This document shows positions 11,044 to 22,800 of a stretch of 64,000 nucleotides of DNA, piece after piece (the first letter of the stretch is position 1; each line of letters starts with the position of its first letter). Location: positions 985,550 to 1,049,549 of the forward strand of contig NW_003314329.1 in assembly GCF_000143415.4 (NCBI RefSeq), in the 5' to 3' direction. Source of the DNA: Selaginella moellendorffii (taxonomy: Eukaryota; Plantae; Lycopodiophyta). Below the pieces are notes generated by a model, which worked only from the letters and a program-made list of their open reading frames with translations, was not told the origin of the DNA and did no database searches. The position numbers were made by a program, and so were the translations under genes.

Positions 11044-12988
11044 CTATAGTAGTTTCTCGACGCTAACATCGGGGGCGATTGTTATGATACTGCGATAGCA
11101 GAGGAAGAACTCCCGCCTATCTGTTTTGCTCCCTGTTTGGAAGGAGCTCCGGCGGCTGTGTCTTTCGATTTGTTGAGATGGTGGCTTGGATGATCGTTGT
11201 GAGGTTGAGACTTGGAAGCTCTCGGATTAGCCTGGTGGTAGACAAAAGTTGTAGGAAGGTCAAGTCAGACCGAAAAAAAGAAAAAAAAAAGAAAAAAAAA
11301 AAAAGAGAATTCGGTCACCTTTCTCACATCAGGTTTGGTGGATGGCTCTTGGTAAAACCCAGGCATCGGAGTCGCTTTAAAATTCAGGCCCCGCCGAAGC
11401 TCTTTGATTTCTGCTTGCGTCTCTTCCTGCGGAGCAATGCTCAGGATTAGAACGCCACGCTGATACGATCAGCAAGTTTAAACACCTGTGTCTTTGCTTG
11501 GATCTTGCTCTTTTCAGCCGCCTTGGCACTTTGTTTCTCTTCCATTCTCCGGTTAAACTGTTCCAAAGCACTCTGATCAACACCACTCCAAGAAAAAAAA
11601 AGAAGCCAGCAACTAGCAAAAAACAAGCTTCACCTCTTTTCTCTTCTGGGCACGCTCGTTGCTCTTGAAGGCGAATCCGTTCGCGGTACCAGTAGCACTG
11701 CCATTCGGTCTGGTGCTTTTCTCCTTGTCCTTCGATGACGGCGGCCTGTGGATAGCGTTAAGTTCCACAGCTTGTTGCATGCACACAAACATGTCTGGGC
11801 AGGAAACGAGACAAGCTCAAAAGGATACACCGCACTTTCATTCTTTGTGCTGGCGACTCGGCTGGACCTGTCACAAGACATGTGCTTTTAAAGTGAGCAA
11901 CCGATGTTCACAAGCAAAGCCACCTTACTTACGCGACAGACTTTTTCCCTGTCAATTGTTCCGTCGTTGTTTTGCTTGTCACCTGCATTCAAGAGACGAC
12001 CACAGCAGCTAAGTGGTTTCAACGTCAGCAATTTAATCTCACCTGCGGTGCGCGAACTCCCGGAACAAGTCCCTGTTTTGAATTCCACTTGTTGATAACC
12101 TGCTGCTCCGTGGCACTAGCGCGTGCTGATTTTGTTTTTCTGCTCTGTGATGCTGCTGCTAAAACGCTTGCGGGAGCAGTGGCATCGCTCTTCACTCCAG
12201 TTCCTCCTTTAAGAATCGTCTTTTTGTTTGCCAGGCTTAAATCTGCTGCCTGCAAGGTCTACAGAAAAATAACAAAATCGTGAGAAGCATCTTTAAAACT
12301 CGGAAGTGGAAGAGATATGGACTCACCTTGGCAGAAAACACTGTGGAGTTTGTCGACTCTTCGTCCACTTCTTCCTTGGAATTCATTGTTGTTTGCTGCT
12401 CGGAATAAATAGCTGACTCCATCGGACACTGTACGTCCACCTGTGTTGCCAATGCTGACGCTAACGGCTCTTGTTCTTCATGGCCTTCCACTTGATCCAT
12501 TCTCTCCTCTGGATCATTTGTGTACTCCACAGCTCCTTCCTTTTCTTCTTCTTCTTCCTTTTTTTCTTCTTTTTCTTCTTCTTGTTCTTCTCCTTCCTCT
12601 TGTTCTGCGTGTTCTTCGTGTTCTTCTAGTTGCGGGATTGGTTCTTGGTCACCAGAGACGGCCTTTTTCTCCAGTGACACTGTTCGTATATAGTGATCGA
12701 AGAATGCAGCCTTCCTGGCGACCGATCCGGGGCTTGCAGCCCTGCTCACATCTTCCTGGAACTCTTTGGGTATAGAATTCCATCGCTTTACCGCTAAGTT
12801 CTTGACAGTCTCGATGGAGCTCCTCCCAAAGAAGATCGACACGCCTTCCTTCTCGGGAGCAATCTAAGAAACAAATTCAGACAAGCGCTCCGAGCGAAGT
12901 GAGAAAGACATTATTTTTTTACCTGATCGCTGTGGCCGGCGCCGCTGATCTTCTTGCCGGGGCTGGAATCGCAGGAGAAGGCCCCCAT
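11044..12988 (-). CDS. WVD2-like (WDL7-type) TPX2-domain microtubule-associated protein, multi-exon; start and last exon approximate
   Basis: N-terminal SIFFGR...KRW...SPGSVARKAAFF motif typical of WDL7-type proteins; spliced C-terminal TPX2 domain GFAFKSNERAQKRKE|FNRRMEEKQSAKAAEKSKIQAKTQ|EETQAEIKELRRGLNFKATPMPGFYQEP. Confidence 0.8.
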
Positions 12989-13689
12989 TTCGTCCCTAGG
13001 CCGCTACCATATGGCAGAGGCTCATTGAGAAGGCGGAGATCACTCACCGCATTGCGCTGCTCGCCGCGATCCTTGCTTTCGAGGCATGATTCGCGAGCGC
13101 CAGCGCCGGATTCTTCCTCGTCCTAGCTTGCTGCTTCTGGTGGAGATCGAGGGGCGCAGGCGCTGGAATGGCGGCCAGGGCTGTGCAGAGAAAGATCCAT
13201 CACAGAGGAATGGAACTAGCGGCCAAAGCCAAGGAAAGAAGAACCTCGTTTTAGCTAAGATGATCAATTAGTGTTGATACGTGACCTGCAACCTAATCAC
13301 TGTGGGCCCTATAGCTTTGCATCGAAGGTTCGATCCTAGCAAACCCAAATTATTGTGGGTATAAAATCCTATTATTGTATAAAATCTTATCTAAATTAAA
13401 TTAATATTTAAAAAATGATACGCTTTTCTTGAAACAAAATTTTGTTTACTTATTTATTTATACTAAATATTTTGACTTATTGAAATATTAAAAATTTGAC
13501 TTGGTGTACAAAAAGTTTATACATTTTATAATTTATAAACATAAGATTAATCTAAATAAATATCAACTAAACTGTTCAAATATATTCTAGGTATATCCAC
13601 TATTGGCTTAGGTTTGCTTAAGCAAACAAAAAATTCAAGGCTACTCATCAAATTAAATTTAATATTTTATTTATATTAAAATGGTTTAA

Positions 13690-14565
13690 TTAACAAGGAT
13701 AGGTATTTGATGACCATCTATCCTTAATATAAGGATGATGAGAAAACACTCTTTGAAAAGATTCATATAATACCAAGTTACAGTCATTTTGTAAAGATAA
13801 AAAGCAATTTACTTTATCACAAAAAATATTTGGAGACCAAATAACATTATAGTTATTAGAATATAAAACTATATTTCCATCTATTTGCATTTTAAATTCA
13901 CAGTTTTTATATTTATTTGAACCTACATACCATTTTATTTTTTGTTTTATGTATAAAGCCAAAATACAATTTAGATGTAAATATAAAAGAGCTTTTTTAT
14001 TTGGAGATAATAAAAATTGTGAACCTCTTAAGTAATAAGAAGGTAAAGTACTCATTAATGTTGTAATAGAAATTCTACAATCCTTTAACGTATTAGTTTT
14101 AATATTTAAATTCTCTAATCTTTTTGGTTGATGAAAGTTTTTAATAATATACTCAATTGCATAATAATCAGTTACTATTGTAATAAATGTTGCTCGTAAA
14201 TTTTGTATTGTATAACGATATCTTTGTAATAAATTATTTAGTTGATTTCTCACATTAGTCCCATGATCATATTGAAGAGTATCATCATTTGCACTACATT
14301 GATCATAGTGTTTTCCAGATGTACTGTATACCCACATCTGATTAACAATATTTAATGGACCAACATTATCATCTTGTATTGTGAATGGAAATTCCATACT
14401 TTGTCCTTTAGGCAATTCTTCTGAGGATATATTATTAATCATTAATTCCATTGCATATAAAATTAAATCAACACTCTCTCGACTTATTTTACCATTTCCC
14501 CCATATTCAATTACAGAATTAACTTTAAAGCATAAACATAATATAAAGAAACTTATTAATTTCAT
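13690..14565 (-). CDS. Secreted protein: signal peptide, unknown N-terminal region, C-terminal bulb-type (GNA) mannose-binding lectin domain
   Basis: 291-aa intronless ORF in very AT-rich DNA; MKLISFFILCLCFKVNS signal-like N-terminus; QxDxNxVxY sites QIDGNIVLY and QNDCNLVLY plus degenerate HLNCILALY. Confidence 0.8.
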   Translation of the reverse strand: MKLISFFILCLCFKVNSVIEYGGNGKISRESVDLILYAMELMINNISSEELPKGQSMEFPFTIQDDNVGPLNIVNQMWVYSTSGKHYDQCSANDDTLQYDHGTNVRNQLNNLLQRYRYTIQNLRATFITIVTDYYAIEYIIKNFHQPKRLENLNIKTNTLKDCRISITTLMSTLPSYYLRGSQFLLSPNKKALLYLHLNCILALYIKQKIKWYVGSNKYKNCEFKMQIDGNIVLYSNNYNVIWSPNIFCDKVNCFLSLQNDCNLVLYESFQRVFSHHPYIKDRWSSNTYPC

Positions 14566-15433
14566 ATTTTATTAAAAGGATTACTAGTTAAATATTAACT
14601 TCTGTATATATCATGGTTTTAAAATATACATAGTCCAAATAAATAGTTAATATATTATTATACTTTAAGTAATGTTCAGACAAAAATAATGTCTGTTAGT
14701 CATGGTTATTTTTATGTATTTTTGGTGTTTTTAAAACAAACAATAGAATATCTTTAAAGATACTTGAATTCCAACACGGCTTCATTTCTAAAGAAAGATT
14801 CCTGGTTCCAGCCTCAAGGACATAATATTACCATTGACAAGAATATTTTAAGAATACTTTGGCACACTAAAGAATATTCTGTTAAAATTTTAGAAGTAAT
14901 ATTTTTATTAGATAGGTATTTTGAACCAAATTAATAATTTTTATAATATTTAGATCTGTGTAAAGTACCAGTATCTAATCTTAGTTGCAATAGTTGCTAT
15001 TTAATAGGGGTTTTTCCTTATCAACTAGTTTACAGAAGAAATTATTATTTTAATATTTTATAATTAGTAGCATCCTCTTATTTAATGTATATCTATATTT
15101 AGTTTTTTAATATTACTCTAAAATCCCTATTATAAGTAATTCTTAATGTAATTTTTAAATAAAAATTAATTTATATTATATTAAATTCAAATAAAATACC
15201 AATATCCTATGCTTTTTTAATATTATGAACACCTCATGTTCAAATATTATAGGGTGATAAATCCAAAGTTTAACATTCATCCCATGAATTATATAATATA
15301 TAAAATACATATGTTCGCAAAGGATAAAAGACTTACCAAATGTTTAACATTGAAAAAGATATATTGTAACTTGGGAATTGGATGATTGTAATGTTGCAAA
15401 ACTTTTTGTTATAATATCAATTTGTAATGTTTT

Positions 15434-15535
15434 TGAGTATGTTGCTTTTACTTTCTTTGACCAAGTATTTGTAATCTTCATATGTGAGTATATTGCCTTT
15501 ACTTTCTTTGACCAAGTATTTGTAATCTTCATATG
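15434..15535. repeat. 51-bp tandem duplication (2 copies)
   Basis: tgagtat(g/a)ttgc(t/c)tttactttctttgaccaagtatttgtaatcttcatatg at 15434 and 15485. Confidence 0.85.
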
Positions 15536-18500
15536 TATATTGCTTCTTTTTTTCAGAAAAGTGCTAAAGTTGAGCTTGTGGTTCTGGATGTAAAGCACTC
15601 TTCAAATTCAAAGCTTGTTTCAACCAAAACTTGAAACTTCAAATTTATCAAGTTCACCTATTCTTCAACTAGCAAAATATGTGATACATGTTATGGTTTT
15701 TGGATAATTTGTGTTATAATAGACTATATGTGCAAAACTTTTGTTAGATAGAACCATATAAACTAATCACAATGTTGTGAAGGATCATTATATTGTCATC
15801 ATCCCCAAAAACAAGGTGCTAGAGTGTATAAAGTTCCTATGATAATCTACTTACCACATAATTTTCCTATAATCTGAGTAAAACACTTGACTACAGATCT
15901 TGCTCCAAGTTAGCATATAACCACTCAATCTTATGAATCTTTTGTGTTTTGATTTGGAAGCACCTAAGCTCTTAGTTGCTCGGAAGCATTAGTCCTTCTC
16001 GTTCTTTAGTAACATACTTGTACTCGGAATGGTGCAAATTTGTTAGTTGCTTCGGCTCACTTGCTTGTTGCCTTCTTCTAATAGTTTCAAGGTTCCTAAT
16101 TAGTTTTTTTGTAAATTGAATTTCAAGATCATTTAAAGCTAATCTTATTGCTTTTATGAGCTTGTGACTAGAAAATTGTGTTGATGTTATAATAGATAAG
16201 CATGCCACTAAATCCTCAAGATTTGGTCTATTTCCTATAATTTAGTTTTTTATATAAATGTGCATAAAGGTCTTTTGTAGAATAGAAATGACCAAATCAT
16301 TCCAGCAAGCTTTAAATAGAGGTACATATTTAGAGCCACCTATTTTTACTAGCCACATCGCATGGTAATCTCAATAAGATTTGTTATTAGAAATTGGGTA
16401 GCAACTATTTTAGAACTCATCTACAATAAAAAAAAATTAATAAAAAAGATCAATGCTAATATTTGCTTACATGAGAAATAATTAAAGTCCCCTGATGTGA
16501 AAAACAAGTGAACCATCATGCTAACCATGTTTGTAGTCCTAGAATGGCTTTCTCATATGCATTACCTCCATCCCACTACAAAAGTATAAACTTGTATTGC
16601 TTTTTTACATTTTCTAAAGTGTTTGGAGCTTTTAATCACTAGCATAACTGATTGTGCTTATCATGGTATTTAACTCAAATGCATTTTTCGTATGTTCATG
16701 TAGTGTAAATGATTAAATTTTCTATTTTACTTTAATCACTTAACTACACCTTTAGCCACTTGGAGGAGTCTCACTCATAACTTCCATAAGTTTTATTCTT
16801 GACTTAGAGACATATTATCCCCAAGAATGGCATTTATGCCATTTAGCCTTTGCACTTGGTTGTAGCGCACTTGAATTTGGAGCCGAACTCCAAGCCCATT
16901 GCACTACGAAACGAGGGTTCGGTACAATCCCATGAGCACCAACTCCCCGTATCCAGCACCTGCACGCAAAATGGTGTTAGACGGAGTTTGGCACAATTTT
17001 GGCATATTGATGGCCTAACGTGAGGAGGAGGGTACCACACCGACTAGAGTAGCAATGTCTCAGGTGGTCAGACATGCATTCCAATCACTATCTCTACTAT
17101 ACATTTGGAACCCCCTATATCCCCCCCCCCTTGAGGAACATATGCTTTGGGCTTTCACCCCGAGTCTCCCTTAGCTAGGAGTTAGTCTCTGGGACAAGCT
17201 TAAATCTTACTAAATATGGGATGTCCTTAGATTATGAATTTAGATGTGGGACAAACACCATTGTGTTCAGGCCGATCTCTACATTCCATAGATATGCCAA
17301 ATGAGTAAATCTAGACACTTCCCATAAATAGCATTTGGGACCAAAATGAGACTAACACAAAGGGCATGATAGCGAGGGTGTTTGGCAGACATGATAAGCT
17401 ATCATCCAGCGATATTAAGGGACTAGTCTTAACACGCAAGAGTTCTTGTCACTAGCAAGTGCAAAACAAAACGAGACAGGAACTCCTTACCGGGCTAAGT
17501 ATGCTTAGCTAATAGCACGTAGGAATTCCGTCCTTATACTCGTCTGGTCTAAGTACACTCAAAATGCTTAGTTAACTCCACTAGCACAAGAGGGGCTACC
17601 AAAGGGATCCAACTGTACTGACATTCTGTCGTCATGGCAGTAAAAAAAGAGTGTCTGTAAGAACTGGCCGACAAGTATCTTTCGATACCCGAAGTCACAT
17701 TCGCAACACTCTCCCCCCCTTAGGGAAGATTGATGTCCTCGTCGATGCATACCCGAGTCTAGCAAATTGTCAAGGAAACAACTCCGAAAGTTAACGGAAA
17801 GCACACTATGTGGGAAACACATCGACTTAAATGAGTTATGGAACGACCTCTCCTCTACGTCTAAAGACGTTAAGACTCAGACACCCTCTGGCCGTCACTA
17901 ACAAGGAAATGACTAATGAAGTTAGCCACCCTTGCTACTTCGAGGACCACTCGGCTTACAAAGGAATGATACATCCCTGCCCGCAGGGACATAGGGAGAA
18001 GGCTAGAGGCCTAACTTCCCCTGAGCAAGAAATCAACCCCGTCGGGAAGATTTAAACAACTATTATAAATTGGTAGATTAAGTTATTTACGCAACCACGC
18101 CCCTTTTCAAAAATGAGTTATTGAGAGAGAGGCAGGGATTTGTGATCAGTCTATAATAGTTATCCCTATGGTTATGGATTGGACCCATTGTAAGCCACAA
18201 ATTTTTCCTTTCCAATTTGCCAGCTTACCTCGTCTACCCGTCCAAGACTGCCTTGGCTTTTGCTAAGTTCCCTTGCCAAGGTTCTCGCCTATGGTACCAG
18301 CTCCTACTTGGTCTCAGCTACTCACTGCACGAGCAACGGAGTGTTAGCCATCCATCCACGGATTCCCAAATCACTCCCAATCCCCCTCCCCGGGTTAGAC
18401 TGAACTTAAGGTTCGGCTACACTCCCCGCAAGCACAAGCAGCCAAGCACACCAAGCTTCCAGGTTCCTAACATCCTTTGGTACCACAAGACTTGATCATG

Positions 18501-18964
18501 GGACCCTCTAAATCCCAAGTCTTGAGTGCATCACTTGCTTCGGGACGCTGGGGCGAAACACCGTGGCCTAGCGGCCCGGTATGGGTACCTCTCGCCCCCC
18601 ACTTCCATCCCGAAGGAAGGCCCAAGCCCCTAGGAAGGGCGAGGACCAATGAGCCGCATGGTACTCAAGTGGGGCACCACTCCACATGAGCCGGGAGCAC
18701 CGCAATCGGTTTCCCTTTCGGGAGTGGGAGCTGCTCTTGAGCACTTCCTTGGATGGCCCCTCCGGCACCAACCAAGTCCATGCTCACTCCCACCCAAGGC
18801 CCCTCGGTCCCAGTCCCAACCTCAAGTCAGTTTGGGAGCCCCACTGGAGAGTCCCTTCTAAACTGGTTCCTGGACCTCCCCTGCAGCCCCCCCCCCCCCC
18901 CCTGGGAGACGCACGCTTTGGGCTTTCACCCCTTGACCCGTATTAGTATTTGGACTTAGTCTCT

Positions 18965-19340
18965 GGCTCGATCTCGGACCCGATTTTGGATCCGACTTCG
19001 GATTCGGGTTCGGACTCGATCTCGGACTCGATCTCGGACCCGATCTCGGACCCGACCTCAGACTCGACCTTGGACTCGGTCTCGGACCCGATTTTGGATC
19101 CGACTTCGGATTCGGGTTCGGACTCGATCTCGGACTCGATCTCGGACCCAATCTCGGACCCGACCTCAGACTCGACCTTGGACTCGGTCTCGGACCCGAT
19201 TTCGGATCTCGGACTCCGTCTCGAACTCGGTCTCGAACTCGGACTCGAACTCGGTCCCCGAGTCGGTCTCGGACTCGATTCCGGACTCTATCTCGAACTC
19301 GTTCCTAGAGTCGGTCTTGGACTCGATCTTCGACTTGGTC
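18965..19340. repeat. CpG-rich hexamer/dodecamer array (ctcgga / ctcgaa / cccgat variants) inside family-A LTRs; related arrays in C LTRs (40700-41120, 42100-42360, 56015-56440)
   Basis: Direct reading; produces low-complexity S/D/L/G ORFs in the six-frame track. Confidence 0.85.
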
Positions 19341-19822
19341 CCATCCGATGAACTCTTTGTCATTTTGGTCATGCTTTCGGGGTTCCTTTAGCCTACGACA
19401 CGACAGTTGGTTCCTTACAACTCCACCACCCATAGAAGAAGTTCGATGCCCACATCGAACGTCTCGTTTTATCCTACGACTTGTTGACCATGTCTCCGGG
19501 GGCATCCCCCCACTTAGCGGTGTGCCTAAGTTAGCCTCCCCGGCCAAGAGCCCATGACAATGGAATATAGGTGTCCCTATACTCCTCACCTCACCACGCC
19601 CTAGTATAGGGTCGGGACTTGAACCCAGCCTTGCTTTACTAGGGGGTTGGGACTCGAACCCAACCTCTGTAGAATACGTCTACGGATTTAACATCCCCGC
19701 AGGGAGTCGGGCGTAGCTCCCTACGCCTGGTCGACCTAGCTAACCCATGCTAATTAACTTACCTTCAGCGCGCCTTCGGGTCCCAACATATGCCACTTGC
19801 TCAACTTTGCAAATTGATATTT

Positions 19823-22800
19823 TTAATTGAACTTTGCATAAGTACATAGAGTTCTGCCTTGCAGAAATTCCTCCACTAGATCTCGCGTGTTCGCTAGGTT
19901 CTCCTCCGGTTCCCATGTTGCTTCGCAGTGTGGAAATCCTTTCCACTTCACATGGAACTCTCTCACCTCGCGTCCTTGTTGCTTGCTCTTGCGCGCATTG
20001 AGGATGGCCTCGACTTCCCCATCTCTCGAGGAAGTCGGAGTCGGTAAGCCACTTTACCAATTCGTGCCTCAATCTCGTAAGGCCCTGCGAACCTGCTTAA
20101 GGAACTCAAGATCAATTCATTTACAGGAATACATGCATTTTTACCTTTGGGTCAACTTTCGGCTGATCCCACTTGGTAGCCTGAGGTTCTTGGTGTTCAG
20201 CCACACCTTCTCCCCAGCTTGGAACTCTACATCCCAACGCTTTAGGTTCGCATACTTGGTTTGCCTTTGTTGAGCCCGTTCCAAGGAATCCCTCACTAGA
20301 TTCCAAATGTTGAGTCTTTCCGCCGTGAATGCCTCCACTGCGGGTAGCTCTCCATGATACTCGGCCACGCCGAGTTCCACAGGACCTTCAATAGCTCGCC
20401 TATTGATGACTTCCCATGGACTCACCCCGATACTCGAATGTGGTGAGTTGTTATAACACATTTCCGCAAGTCCCAAATGACTTACCCAATCGGTCTGGTC
20501 TCCCGAGACATAGCATTGCAAATAATCCTCCAGCTGCCTATTCACCCTTTCCGTTTGTCCGTCTGTCAAGAAGTGTTAGGACCACCAAACTTGACTTAAT
20601 ACCCCATACCTGTCTGTGGGTGATAGGCTGTGCTGAATTTCAACTTGGTGCAATACTGTTCCAGGAGGGTCCTCTAGAACCTACTAGTGAAGATCTTATC
20701 TCGATCTGAGATAATCTCTTCTGGCCTTCCCCGCACTCGAACCACTTGTTCGAAGAACAGTTTCGCCACACCTTCCACATCCACTTCCGTTGTGGTGGGT
20801 ATGAAATGTGCCATCTTCGAAAATCGATCCACCACCACGAATATCGCATCGAACCCCTCGCTTGGGGGTAGTCCCGTGATGAAGTCCATCGTAAGACATT
20901 TCCACGGACGATCTGGAATTGGGATGCTTTGCAACAAGCCCCCACTAGCCTTAGTCACGGCTTTGACCTGCTGACATGTTGGACATGTCTTTACATAGTC
21001 TTGGACGTCCTTGGCCATATCTGGCCAATGGTACTTCCTCTTGAGTAAGCCCATCGTCTTGGGCACTCTGCCGTGTCCCGCAAGAGGTCCGTCATGACAC
21101 TCTTCTAAGGCTACCTTCCTTAGTCCCCCTTCTGGAACATATACCCTTGTTTGCTTGTAATAAATGAGTCCGTTGCGTTCCGCATAGCCCGTTTTCTCTT
21201 CCGTTGGCAGCTCACCTCTCTGGTGAGCTTCCCGCGCCTCCAGATTCCTCAACAACACTTCTTGTGCTAGACCATCGTTCTCATATGCTGTCCGCACATC
21301 GTCCCAGAAGGTTGCTGTTGCGCTGGAGATCGCCAACCTCAAGCTCGCTTTTCGACTTAGCGCATCTGCCACGATGTTGCTCTTCCCATGCTTGTACAGA
21401 ATCTCGCAATCAAACTCGGCCAAGGCATTGGCCCACCGACCTTGTTTCCCTCTCAGGTCGGGCTGTGACAAAAAGTGTTTCGTTGCCACATTGTCCGTGT
21501 AAACCTTGAAGTGTCTCCCAAGGTAGTGTTGCCACTCCTTGAGCGCCTTGACCACCACAAACAATTCCTTCTCATGGGCAGGCCACTTCCGTTGAGCCTT
21601 GTCCAACTTCTTCGAGAAGAACGCTACTGGATGGTTGTCTTGCTTCAAAACTGCGCCCATCGCAAAGTCTGAAGCATCCGTGTCTACCTCAAAGTCCTTA
21701 CCAAAATCTGGTAATGCCAACACCGAAGCCTTCCTCAACTTCCCTTTGAGGTGGACGAATGCCGCCTCGCATTCCGCTGTCCATACCATCTTCCTTTTTC
21801 CTGTTTGGTCCGTTAAGGGCAGGGCTACTCTTGAATAGTGTCTGATAAACTTTCGATAGTAGTTGCATAGCCCCAAGAACACCCTCAACTCATGTACATT
21901 CAAAGGTCGTTCCCATTCCTGGATCGCTTGGACCTTCTCCGGGTCCACCTTGAGCCCGTCCTGGCCCACCACATACCCGAGAAACTTTACCTCTTGTTGA
22001 GCAAAGTCACATTTGCTCTCTTTAGCATACAGTTTGTGTTCCCTTAGTTTCTCAAACACCTTCGTCAAGTGTTCGGCATGCTCCTCTAGCGTCTCGCTAT
22101 AGATCAGGATATCGTCGATATAGACGACCATGAAGTGATCCAGATAGGGTACAAAGATGTGGTTCATCAACGCCGAAAACGTTGCCGGCGCATTGCACAG
22201 CCCAAAGGGCATCATCAGAAACTCAAAGCTCCCATACCTCGTTCGACAGGTTGTCTTCTCGACATCTTCCTCAGCTACCCTGATCTGGTAGTATCCTGAC
22301 CTTAGGTCAATCCTCGAGAAGTATTTTGCCTTTCCCAACCTATCGAACAGGTCCTCAATCCTTGGCAAAGGGTACTTGTTCTTCTTGGTATACTTGTTGA
22401 GCAACCGGTAGTCTATGCACATGCGCATAGATCCATCTTTCTTTTTCACAAATAGCACCGGCGCCCCATACGGCGACTTGCTCAACCTAACATACCCTTT
22501 GTCTACCAACTCCTCTAGTTGGCTCTTGAGCTCCTTGAGTTCTTTTTCGTTCAATCGATAGGGTGGACGAACCACCGCCTCAGCACCCTCGACCAGCTCA
22601 ATCTTATGTTCTATCGGTCGTGCGGGGGGCAACCCCGCCGGTAGCTCCTCCGGCATGGTATCTTGGAATTGGTCCAGCACCCGCTGGATCACTAAAGGTA
22701 CTTCTTCCGTTCTTGTCTTTTTGTCACTCTTCACCGAGAGTAAGCACAAAAAGGCTGCCTTAGTTCCTTTAGTGAGTTGTCCTTTCGTGGACACCAGGTT

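Noticed and set aside
12480-12630. Purine/pyrimidine-skewed (ctt)n-like tract
   Set aside because: Encodes the Glu-rich linker of the WDL protein; not an independent repeat
13300-13350. GGTTCGATCC B-box-like motif suggesting a tRNA or SINE
   Set aside because: No cloverleaf, A-box, poly-A tail or TSD recognisable
18858-19372. Ser/Asp- or Pro/Arg-rich ORFs and a CRISPR-like look in LTR arrays (also 25328, 27541, 33899, 40605, 56005)
   Set aside because: Translations of hexamer arrays inside LTRs; no unique spacers; eukaryotic context
19740-20072. Possible extra (env-like) ORF downstream of pol
   Set aside because: Alternative frame over the chromodomain exon, altered by the A1 deletion
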